64,000 nt of DNA from a virus. Below are positions 9,354-17,940 of the stretch, one piece after another. Location: IMG/VR virus record IMGVR_UViG_3300045538_000426, positions 1-64,000 of that record; one strand, given 5' to 3'. Under the pieces are notes generated by a model. The model saw only the letters and a list, made by a program, of their open reading frames with translations, did not search any database and was not told the DNA's origin. Position 1 is the first letter of the stretch; every line of letters starts with the position of its first letter. The position numbers were made by a program, and so were the translations under genes.

Positions 9354-10940
9354 ATGGCGTCAGATACATTTACAGATTTGGTTTTGTCGGAATGGAGCAA
9401 AATGTCTCCGTCTGGAATCATAGATAAAAACAACATAGACGAACTCCACCGGGTTCTCTCAGAGAAGAACTTCCCGGTAGAATTGATTGTTGAATTTCTT
9501 TCAAATTACGAATCCATTTTAAACAAATTGACTATACGAGATACAACTGATAGAGACATGGTGTTGACGGTAAAACAATCCTTTGTGGATAAACTGTCAA
9601 AGCTGAACGCCGAGTGGGGGGCCTTGGTTTCCAATGGCGACGAGATCGTCCGACAGTCTACAACCGTAGAAGACGGTGATAAGGTTGAGATGAATCCATC
9701 GTCTCTACGACTGGTCGAAAAACCAGGAGACACTTCTTGGAAAATCAAAAATTTGCCAAATGTAGTTTTTTATGCGTCCATCGGCGACAATATGAATGGA
9801 ATGTTGAAGCGATCAGCGGCCAAGACTTCGAGGTTACAATCAACCGACACTGAGGCTTTGCACGAGTGTTTCTTTGTGATTTCAATGGCGGCTCAAATCG
9901 ATACAGCAGGTACTTCGGCGGGGGTGATGAATGTCACAGATATCGCTGGGATAAATGCATTGATAGATTCGACTAGAATATCCATTTTAAACAAGGAAAA
10001 AATTCGTGGTGTGTTTTCGTCGATTCTCTCCAATGGAGAAAAAATTCCCTCGGATGTGAATGATAGAAAAGTCGACGCACATCGTTGTGCCGTAGCCGCT
10101 TATAGAAAATTGGAATCTGAATATGGGAATGAATCTTTCGAGTATGTTACCCGTGTGTTTGATGGTGTGAAGGGAAGGAAAGTTGTAGCTGACATATTGG
10201 TTAAGGTCGGTGGCGAGGAGATGATAATTTCGTTGAAATACAAGAAGGGTCAATTGAATAACTTGAACTGTAACACTGTGATAAAGAACTTGTTTGGTAT
10301 AGAACCCACGCAAATTTCTTTTATGGATGCGTTGTATGAGTTTTCTCCCGAACCGATTGATAATCTACTACGATACTTTATCAACGGCATCAACCAAATA
10401 AACCCTCCCAAGAACAAGTCTTTCTATGTAGATGGTTCCACGGTAACTTATCCCGATTTCAAGAAAATAATTTCGTCGAATCCATATTATCCACTATCCT
10501 ACACTACAATCTCGGGGGAGATAGTAAAGAACGACCCGAAGGCGAAGGATTTTGTGAACGAATATAAAAGACTCAAAACGGCCAATTTGGTCAAAACCAT
10601 AGAGGATTATATTTTTTCAAAACAGACACCGAACACAAACTTTGTGAAATTTTTGTCATATGTGCTCAGATGTGAACCGAGTAAGAGTTATATGTATGTA
10701 GGAGATTCGGGTCGTGCGGTATATACGATACCATCTATCGATAGCATGATGGAACGGGAGATTTTGATAACAACCGAACCAAAGTTGAACGTGACAGATT
10801 ATTCGGCGTTCGTTTCGGTATTTGTGGATGGAAACCGAGCCTTTGATTTCGACGTGAATTTCAGGTGGACAAAATCACAGTGGGTGGGCGACATGAGTCA
10901 AGTTGGAAAAAATTTAAAGGTGTATAAGATAAACTGGTAA
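9354..10940 (+). CDS. putative PD-(D/E)XK restriction-like nuclease
   Basis: TEALHECF...KVVADILVKVGGEEMIISLKY resembles the E...AD...SLK variant active site; TATTTATG box at 9341-9348. Confidence 0.45.
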   Translation: MASDTFTDLVLSEWSKMSPSGIIDKNNIDELHRVLSEKNFPVELIVEFLSNYESILNKLTIRDTTDRDMVLTVKQSFVDKLSKLNAEWGALVSNGDEIVRQSTTVEDGDKVEMNPSSLRLVEKPGDTSWKIKNLPNVVFYASIGDNMNGMLKRSAAKTSRLQSTDTEALHECFFVISMAAQIDTAGTSAGVMNVTDIAGINALIDSTRISILNKEKIRGVFSSILSNGEKIPSDVNDRKVDAHRCAVAAYRKLESEYGNESFEYVTRVFDGVKGRKVVADILVKVGGEEMIISLKYKKGQLNNLNCNTVIKNLFGIEPTQISFMDALYEFSPEPIDNLLRYFINGINQINPPKNKSFYVDGSTVTYPDFKKIISSNPYYPLSYTTISGEIVKNDPKAKDFVNEYKRLKTANLVKTIEDYIFSKQTPNTNFVKFLSYVLRCEPSKSYMYVGDSGRAVYTIPSIDSMMEREILITTEPKLNVTDYSAFVSVFVDGNRAFDFDVNFRWTKSQWVGDMSQVGKNLKVYKINW

Positions 10941-10945
10941 CCAAT

Positions 10946-11674
10946 ATGAATACTATAGAAAATTTTATCAATCAAATGTCAGCAGACGGCCGTATAACCG
11001 ACGGTATCTTTAACGCTGAAAACGAGGAACATTTGAATGTGTTCCAGGAACATCTCGAAAAGATGGGAGCCACGGCGGAAGAGTCGATTGAGGCTAGGAA
11101 TAAAATGACAGAAGGCAAGTATCCTGACAGACAAGCTTACAATGCAAATGGGATATTGGTAACGTTTCCTACACCTGACTATAAACAAAGGGCATTACAG
11201 AGGGGAACGCATTTTGAAAAGAATCCGAAACAGAAGGCTCCTAATGTAACATTTGGCGATGCGCCTGCCAAACCCCAGCAACCCGAACCATCACCAACAC
11301 CAGCGCCTAAGGCAGATGCACCTCCATCGGAGCCAGAACCAAAGCCGGAACCAAAACCAGAGCCAAAGCCGGAACCAGTTGCTCCACCCGAACCTCCGAA
11401 ACCAACGACTCCGCCGCCTCAAATAGGAATTCCGGTGTTGGTTTTGCCTCCGGGCGAACTAAAGAGGAGGGAAGATGCTATAGTTCATAAAGCACAAGAG
11501 GAATATGTTGAGAAGATACTCTCAACTGAATCAGTGAAGAAAAAATTCACAATAGCAGAAGCCATGCAATTGAATTTCTATAACAAGGGAATGAATTGGT
11601 ATAATTCTGACGGTGATTATGTTGGGATATCCTGTTATGATCCCGTAACGTCTACGTGCTTTCTAATAGGATGA
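10946..11674 (+). CDS. hypothetical protein with a proline-rich linker
   Basis: 242 aa ORF containing a (PEPK)n low-complexity segment. Confidence 0.7.
   Translation: MNTIENFINQMSADGRITDGIFNAENEEHLNVFQEHLEKMGATAEESIEARNKMTEGKYPDRQAYNANGILVTFPTPDYKQRALQRGTHFEKNPKQKAPNVTFGDAPAKPQQPEPSPTPAPKADAPPSEPEPKPEPKPEPKPEPVAPPEPPKPTTPPPQIGIPVLVLPPGELKRREDAIVHKAQEEYVEKILSTESVKKKFTIAEAMQLNFYNKGMNWYNSDGDYVGISCYDPVTSTCFLIG
11330..11377 (+). repeat. 4 x 12-bp imperfect coding repeat (EPEP/KPEP)
   Basis: gagccagaacca aagccggaacca aaaccagagcca aagccggaacca. Confidence 0.85.
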
Positions 11675-11675
11675 T

Positions 11676-12068
11676 ATGAAAACTCAACTTCTTTGTACGT
11701 TCGCCGAGAAGTTGACATGTTCGGATGTAACTAATCGGATAAGAGAATTCTACAATCTCTCGGATCCGAGAATTTTCGTATTTGAGGTTCGTAATGACGA
11801 CTGTTCAATTGTGATAACGTATAACGTTTTTATCACAGATGAATCTCTGAAAAAATTACCATCCACAATATCCATTCATAGGAAGAAAAAAACAGGAACT
11901 CTCTATACTCTGAATGCCATGAATAAGATAATAGAAGAGGAAAATGGAGGTGTCTTGGATAGGAAATTTAATATCGATTGGGAGTTATACAAGAACTGTC
12001 TTATCGTCACATCTCCCAGTGGCTATCGTATAGTTGAACTTCAATTAATTGACGTGATTTCTCGCTGA
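11676..12068 (+). CDS. hypothetical protein upstream of SSB
   Basis: 130 aa, MKTQLLCTF...TLYTLNAMNKII; 1 nt spacing from the previous gene. Confidence 0.75.
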   Translation: MKTQLLCTFAEKLTCSDVTNRIREFYNLSDPRIFVFEVRNDDCSIVITYNVFITDESLKKLPSTISIHRKKKTGTLYTLNAMNKIIEEENGGVLDRKFNIDWELYKNCLIVTSPSGYRIVELQLIDVISR

Positions 12069-12199
12069 ATTATTCTAAGTTAAAACAACTTTCCTTTGTT
12101 GTTTTTGGGTGTATAGTGATACTTATATTAGGTGATAGGAAAAGAGTTAACTACGTTAGTTATCTATTAACTTATTTACTAATTAACAACTGATAAATT

Positions 12200-13048
12200 A
12201 TGGCACTAAACCTAGATAGAATCAAACAGCGTTTGGGATCTCTCTCAAACTCAAAGTCAAAAACCGCCCTCATTTGGAAACCGAATCCCGGTAAACAAGT
12301 GATTCGAATCGTTCCTTATAAGTTCAACATCGAGAATCCATTCATTGAATTGAAGTTCCATTATGGACTCGGTGGAAAGACTTATCTGTCACCAGACAGT
12401 TTCAATCGACCTGACCCGATTGTAGAATTCAGCAACAAACTGAAGAAATCGGGAAACAAAGACGAGTGGAATTACGGACGGAAGATGGAACCAAAGATGA
12501 GAACCTTTGTTCCTGTAATTGTCCGCGGTGAAGAGTCAATGGGAGTTAGGTTCTGGGGATTCGGAAAGGGAGTATATCAAGAACTTCTCTCAATCATCTC
12601 CGATCCAGATTACGGTGATATCACTGATGTTGTGAACGGACGTGACGTCGTAGTTGAGTTTAAGACGGCGGAAGACTGTGGAAAACAGTATCCAGAGACT
12701 TCGATCCGAGTGAAGCCAAGCGCGACCAATGCGGTCGATCCAAAGGATAAGGACTTGATTTCCAAGTTGTCTAATCAAACCGACATTTTGGAATTGTTCC
12801 CAGAACTATCATACGACGAACTCCGTGGTGTGATGGAGGCATCCCTCCAGAATGGAACGGAAGAAGAAATTCCTCCGGTTTCGGGAAATAATACTCCAAT
12901 TGCGGAATCAACTCCGTCCGTGGATGAACCAAGTCAGGTTGAAAAGCCGGCTGCCCAAACGGCGAAACCAAAGTCACCGTCCGCTGTCGCTTCAAAGTCT
13001 AATACAGATGATGTTGCTAAGGCATTCGACAATCTGTTCAACTCCTAA
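12200..13048 (+). CDS. single-stranded DNA-binding protein (T4 gp32-like)
   Basis: WKP...IRIVPY...PFIELKFHY...YLSP...DPI...RFWGFGK...DYGDITD...GRD core; acidic/flexible tail ending AFDNLFNS; adjacent to recA. Confidence 0.85.
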   Translation: MALNLDRIKQRLGSLSNSKSKTALIWKPNPGKQVIRIVPYKFNIENPFIELKFHYGLGGKTYLSPDSFNRPDPIVEFSNKLKKSGNKDEWNYGRKMEPKMRTFVPVIVRGEESMGVRFWGFGKGVYQELLSIISDPDYGDITDVVNGRDVVVEFKTAEDCGKQYPETSIRVKPSATNAVDPKDKDLISKLSNQTDILELFPELSYDELRGVMEASLQNGTEEEIPPVSGNNTPIAESTPSVDEPSQVEKPAAQTAKPKSPSAVASKSNTDDVAKAFDNLFNS

Positions 13049-13056
13049 CCAAAAGT

Positions 13057-13096
13057 GAGAAAATCGGGGAGGGGAATTCTCCCCTCCCCATTCTCT
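13057..13096 (+). terminator. strong hairpin between ssb and recA (attenuator, stabiliser or processing site)
   Basis: GGGGAGGGGA-ATTC-TCCCCTCCCC at 13066-13089, extendable by GAGAA/TTCTC; no good U-tract. Confidence 0.55.
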
Positions 13097-13115
13097 TATA
13101 TCATACGGCATTACT

Positions 13116-14279
13116 ATGGCTAAATCTAAAAGCACAACAAAAGTAGAATTCGACGCTAAAGGCAAACGAGATGATTTGCTGACCGACCTACAATCTGAAA
13201 TAAATAAATCATCCAAGGATGGAAAACGGGCATTCTTCCTCGATGAACAAGACGATCCATCCACTGTAAGCGATTGGATTTCAACTGGTTCTTCTATGTT
13301 AGACCTTGCAATTAGCAATCGTCCAAACGGAGGACTTCCAGTGGGGCGCATGGTTGAGTTTAACGGTTTGGAGGGAACGGGTAAGAGCCTCATTTCCGCA
13401 CACATCGTCGCTGACACACAGAAAAAGGGTGGCATCGCAGTCGTAATTGACACGGAAAATGCTGCTGCTCCTGAGTTTTGGGCGAGTCTCGGTGTAGATC
13501 TAAAAAATCTGTTATACATTCAATCGGACACTGTAGAAGATGTGTTTGAGAAGATGGAGAATATCATTGCGATTGTAAGGAAGTCGAGTAAGAAAAGAAT
13601 CCTAACAATCATCGTTGACTCAGTCGCAGGCGTTTCTACCAAAGCTGAGTTGGAATCTGACCACGGCAAGGATGGTTGGTCGACTGGAAAGGCTATTATC
13701 ATCGGAAAAGCGATGAGAAAGATAACCAGTATGGTAGGTCGTCAGGAGGTTCTTATCGTATTCACCAACCAACTGAGACAGAATCTAAACGCGGCAATGT
13801 TCGGTGATAAGTGGATTGTCTCCGGCGGAAAGGCATTAGCATTCCACTGTTCCGTCCGAGTCCGACTGGCAAATGCTGGTATGTTAAAGCGAGGTGATAT
13901 GGTGATAGGAAATAAATGTAAAGCCAAGGTTGTGAAGAACCGAATGGGTCCACCACAACGACAGGCATCATTTGATATCTATCACGACAGCGGAATCGCT
14001 GATTATGGAAGTTGGTTGGAAGTGATGAAGACCCACGATATAGTCAAATATAGCGCTCCTAATTACACGTATCATCAAGACGCAGGAGAACCGGTGAAGT
14101 TCACTGCTAAGGATTTTCCACGTCTTATGTCGGAAACTCCTTCGTTAAAAGCGGAGATTTATGGTAAGATATGTAATGCTGCCATAATGAAATATAAAGA
14201 TCCGAACTCGAGCATCTTGGAGGATGTGACCGTGGATGAAGACGAAGACGGTGTTGTGTCAGACGATTCACAGGATTAA
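13116..14279 (+). CDS. recA: RecA/UvsX recombinase
   Basis: ISTGSSMLDLAI...GGLPVGR, Walker A GLEGTGKS, IIVDSVA, FTNQLR, GGKALAFHCSVRVRL, KNRMGPP. Confidence 0.95.
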   Translation: MAKSKSTTKVEFDAKGKRDDLLTDLQSEINKSSKDGKRAFFLDEQDDPSTVSDWISTGSSMLDLAISNRPNGGLPVGRMVEFNGLEGTGKSLISAHIVADTQKKGGIAVVIDTENAAAPEFWASLGVDLKNLLYIQSDTVEDVFEKMENIIAIVRKSSKKRILTIIVDSVAGVSTKAELESDHGKDGWSTGKAIIIGKAMRKITSMVGRQEVLIVFTNQLRQNLNAAMFGDKWIVSGGKALAFHCSVRVRLANAGMLKRGDMVIGNKCKAKVVKNRMGPPQRQASFDIYHDSGIADYGSWLEVMKTHDIVKYSAPNYTYHQDAGEPVKFTAKDFPRLMSETPSLKAEIYGKICNAAIMKYKDPNSSILEDVTVDEDEDGVVSDDSQD

Positions 14280-14281
14280 TT

Positions 14282-15352
14282 ATGGATCTTAATACCGACG
14301 AGAAGAAGAAGTTATTCTCATTGTTCTCTAACATAAAGAATGACGCTAAGGTGGATGGGTTGAACACAGTCCAGTCATCGGATGTTCTCGTTATAGACGC
14401 ACTTAACATGTTTATAAGATGTTGGAGTGTAAGTCCATTTATGAACGAAGATGGTGTTCACACAGGAGGAGTGTCTGGATTTTTAAAGAGCTTAGGCTCT
14501 GTGGTGCGATTGTTTTCTCCAACCCGATGTATCCTTGTATTCGATGGTTCCGGCGGGAGCCAGAAAAGACGAAAGATTTATCCGGAATATAAGAATAAAA
14601 GACGGATTAAAGTTCGATTAAACAGAACCTATGTGGATAATTCTACTCCTGATGGCGAGGAGTTGAATTTAAAAAAACAATTAATGCGGACGGTAAATTA
14701 CCTCGATTATCTTCCATTGACCACGGTAGCTATAGATAACGTGGAAGCGGACGATGTCATTGCATATCTGGCAGTAGACAAATTTAAAGACAGTAATGTA
14801 ACCATAGTGTCATCTGACAAGGATTTCCTACAACTAGCTAGCAGTAAAATAAAGATATGGAGTCCTACGAAGAAGAAGTTGTATGGTTGTGCTGAACTCT
14901 TGATGGAATACGGTATAAGTTGTAAGAACTTCATAAATTATCGAATACTAGAAGGCGACACCAGCGACAACATACCGGGAATAAACGGCGCGGGACTCAA
15001 GACCATAAAGAAATGTTTCCCTATCTTCACCGATGACAAACAGTATTCGGTGGATGAAATTATAAACTACTGTGATACTCACAAAGGTAAATACAAGCTC
15101 TATGACACGATATTGGATAATCGAGCGACGTTGGAACGAAACTACCAATTGATGCAGTTGAACACAAGTGAGATGCAGTCGTTCACTCAATTACGTGTAA
15201 ATGATTTGATGGACGAAAACGTCCAACGACTCAATCGGTTTGAAATTTCGAAATTGATAACGGAAGACAAGATATGGAACAATCTTCCCAATTACCAAAT
15301 CTGGTTATCCGAGAACTTCGGCAAGTTGGACAATTTTGTAAAAAAGTCATGA
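14282..15352 (+). CDS. 5'-3' exonuclease (T4 RNase H/FEN-like)
   Basis: LVIDALNMF, VFDG.GGS..R...YPEYK..R, EADDVIAY, IVSSDKDFLQL, GDTSDNIPGING.G.KT. Confidence 0.92.
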   Translation: MDLNTDEKKKLFSLFSNIKNDAKVDGLNTVQSSDVLVIDALNMFIRCWSVSPFMNEDGVHTGGVSGFLKSLGSVVRLFSPTRCILVFDGSGGSQKRRKIYPEYKNKRRIKVRLNRTYVDNSTPDGEELNLKKQLMRTVNYLDYLPLTTVAIDNVEADDVIAYLAVDKFKDSNVTIVSSDKDFLQLASSKIKIWSPTKKKLYGCAELLMEYGISCKNFINYRILEGDTSDNIPGINGAGLKTIKKCFPIFTDDKQYSVDEIINYCDTHKGKYKLYDTILDNRATLERNYQLMQLNTSEMQSFTQLRVNDLMDENVQRLNRFEISKLITEDKIWNNLPNYQIWLSENFGKLDNFVKKS

Positions 15353-15410
15353 TGTAAACTAGAAGTTTCCTATTTATACTCAGAGGCTATACAACTCATC
15401 GGTAAAGCAG

Positions 15411-15442
15411 AAGGCCCGCTCTTTTACAGCGGGCCTTTTGTT
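15411..15442. terminator. bidirectional intrinsic terminator
   Basis: AAGGCCCGCT-CTTTTAC-AGCGGGCCTT followed by TTGTT, between convergent genes. Confidence 0.85.
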
Positions 15443-15456
15443 ATTCACATTTGATG

Positions 15457-16320
15457 TTAAGCGACCCATCCTTTCGGTGGTTTAGCGTAACGTGGAAAAC
15501 TCTTTGGAAACGACACCTGTGTGGTGTTTTGGACTATGACGCCCATCTCTAATAGAGAATCCCTCGAAGCATAATAAATATCTGTCGTCATGAGAAGCAA
15601 TCCACGAACGAACTCCGTATCCACCACCTTGCTATCCTTCGATTTTCCCCAACCGGTTCCCATGTCAAAATCTAGGGCAGGTGAAGATGACCTCAAAACA
15701 GAATTGAGAGAAGTTGCGTTCACGGTTTTTATCGCATCGGAACTATAGACAGTATAATCAGCGCTCGATGCATTCCCAGCCGACGTGGTGATAGTCATGT
15801 TGTCGAGCGTGGTGACGGTGGTGCCGCTGTCGTAGAATGCTGAGTTCGGACCGTCCGCAATAGGTATCCACGTTCTGTGTATCGGTGTATTAAAGGGCGA
15901 AATATTACCGGGTGGTGTCCAAGTTTGAGTGGGAACATCTTCTCCGTAAATAGCTACGCCAATAATACCGCAATTTGATTCTGAACCATCATGCTTAGAT
16001 TTTGCGTAGGATTTGGATTTCTTTGAGAACTTAAATGCACCCACCTTATCGTTGTTATATCTGAACCCTTTTATTTTACAGTTCGAATAACCACTCACAA
16101 CGTATCCACTGTCCTCGGTGGATGCTGATTCGCCGGTCAACACATTTAATCCATCCACACTGGCAACAACCAAAGCCCGACCTCCGGCGTTGTTTTTGAT
16201 GAGGATTTCGTATTCGCTGCCTTCCTTGGCTTCGATATATGTTTTTCCGTCTTTGAAGTGGGTTTTGACGGAGTTCCCATTTACGAGGATTGAAACCTCA
16301 CATGCTGCATAATTTAACAT
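15457..16320 (-). CDS. hypothetical protein (beta-rich N-terminal domain)
   Basis: 287 aa; YIEAKEGSEYEILIKN...VVASVDGLNVLTG...GYVV...IKGFR...FKF...GIIGVAIYGE; has its own GAAAGG RBS and a TACTTATA box at 16372-16379 on the minus strand. Confidence 0.8.
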   Translation of the reverse strand: MLNYAACEVSILVNGNSVKTHFKDGKTYIEAKEGSEYEILIKNNAGGRALVVASVDGLNVLTGESASTEDSGYVVSGYSNCKIKGFRYNNDKVGAFKFSKKSKSYAKSKHDGSESNCGIIGVAIYGEDVPTQTWTPPGNISPFNTPIHRTWIPIADGPNSAFYDSGTTVTTLDNMTITTSAGNASSADYTVYSSDAIKTVNATSLNSVLRSSSPALDFDMGTGWGKSKDSKVVDTEFVRGLLLMTTDIYYASRDSLLEMGVIVQNTTQVSFPKSFPRYAKPPKGWVA

Positions 16321-16437
16321 AGTTTTTTTACCTTTCTTTTTCTGAAGGCTGGCCTTACACCAGATTTCAAGTATAAGTAGTTGTACACATCGAAAAGATG
16401 TTGTGATTTATTTCTTATATCGGTAACATGATTGAAA

Positions 16438-17820
16438 ATGGAAACAAAAATAATCGATCAACTGAAAAAATTTGGAAATGAGTTCCAATTAAAGTGCATC
16501 TCAAGTCTTCTAAGCGACAAGTCTTTCTTAGAAAGAATCTCTGATATAGTAGATCCCACGAGTTACGAAACCGACGCCCACCAGTGGATAGTCAAGACGA
16601 TCCTTGCCTATTTTATGAAATACAAAGACCTTCCTACGTTGAACGTCTTTAAGATTCAAGTGGATACTATCGAATCGGAACTCCTCAAGAGGGCGGTCAT
16701 TGACCAGTTAAAAGTCGTCTATCAGAAAATTAGCGACAGTGATATCAACTTCGTCAAAGAACAGTATTTGGAATTCTGTAAGAATCAGAAGATGAAGGGA
16801 GCGATTCTTGATAGTGTGGATTTGATCAAGAACGGTCAATATGATAAAATCTCTCACATCGTCCAAGATGCTTTGAAGGCCGGTATGGAACGGAACGTAG
16901 GTCACACTTACATGTCTGATGTTGATTCCAGAATGAGTGTCATGGCAAGAAATACTCTCAAGACAAATTGGGTTGAAGTAGATTCCGTCATGGATGGTGG
17001 TTTGGCTCCGGGAGAACTCGGAGTGATTACCGCTTGTGCTGGTGCTGGTAAGAGTTGGGTATTGGCCAGAATTGGCGCAGAGGCGATGAGACAAGGAAAG
17101 AATGTTGTTCATTTTACACTTGAACTCAATGAAAATTACGTTGGTCTTAGATATGACGCTTGTTTCACTGGAATTGATTTCCAAAATGTTCGTAAGAATA
17201 TTGAAATCGTCAAAGCTAAGATAGCTGCTATACCTGGGAAATTAATCATAAAGTATTTCCCAATCAAGACAGTGTCGGCTCATAGTATAAAACTCCACGT
17301 CGAGCGAATCCAGATGTTGGGAACGAAGGTGGATTTGATAATCATCGATTACGCTGATATCCTACGTCCTAGTTCTTCTGACAAGAACGGAAACAGTTAC
17401 AGCGAGGCTGGTGGAATTTATGAAGAAATCCGAGGTGTCTCCGGTGAAATGCAGATACCGATATGGACGGCTTCACAAAGCAATCGATCTGCCCTTGACG
17501 AAGACATCATTCAGGCAAATAACATATCGGACTCCTATAGAAAAATCATGACCGCTGATTTCGTCATGAGTCTATCGCGTAAGGTTACCGATAAAGTCAG
17601 CAACACGGCCCGTTTCCACGTCATTAAGAATCGATTCGGACCGGATGGAATGACATTCCCAAGTAGAATGAATGCTGGGTGTGGTGACATCCAGATTTTC
17701 TCTGAAAATTCACGCGAAGGCGCAGCTGCTACGAGTGAAATGAGTGAGGGCGAAAATATGGTCAAAAAAATGATTTCTAACAAGTGGAAGACTCATATGA
17801 ACAGTGAAGACGCTGAATAA
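16438..17820 (+). CDS. dnaB: replicative DnaB/gp41-like helicase
   Basis: GGLAPGELGVITACAGAGKS Walker A, HFTLEL, IIIDYAD, IWTASQSNR, KNRFGPDG; ATG at 16438 preferred over TTG at 16432. Confidence 0.92.
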   Translation: METKIIDQLKKFGNEFQLKCISSLLSDKSFLERISDIVDPTSYETDAHQWIVKTILAYFMKYKDLPTLNVFKIQVDTIESELLKRAVIDQLKVVYQKISDSDINFVKEQYLEFCKNQKMKGAILDSVDLIKNGQYDKISHIVQDALKAGMERNVGHTYMSDVDSRMSVMARNTLKTNWVEVDSVMDGGLAPGELGVITACAGAGKSWVLARIGAEAMRQGKNVVHFTLELNENYVGLRYDACFTGIDFQNVRKNIEIVKAKIAAIPGKLIIKYFPIKTVSAHSIKLHVERIQMLGTKVDLIIIDYADILRPSSSDKNGNSYSEAGGIYEEIRGVSGEMQIPIWTASQSNRSALDEDIIQANNISDSYRKIMTADFVMSLSRKVTDKVSNTARFHVIKNRFGPDGMTFPSRMNAGCGDIQIFSENSREGAAATSEMSEGENMVKKMISNKWKTHMNSEDAE

Positions 17821-17940
17821 CCCCACTATCAAACAACATTCAAAAAACACAAAACTTTTTTGCCGAAATTTTCCGACAAATGAATGGTTTCACTGGGTCA
17901 AAGGATAATTATTCCCACGGAAATTAGTTACCAGATTTTT

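Noticed and set aside
15383-15420. tRNA-like 5' half (GGCTATA..ACTCATCGGTAAAGCA) and a minus-strand CCGATGAG...GAAAC hammerhead-like core
   Set aside because: There is no T-arm or acceptor complement, the D-stem pairs poorly, and hammerhead stem II cannot form.
17821-17940. Cobalamin riboswitch upstream of the class II RNR
   Set aside because: The region is short and A/T-rich with no B12-box-like sequence.
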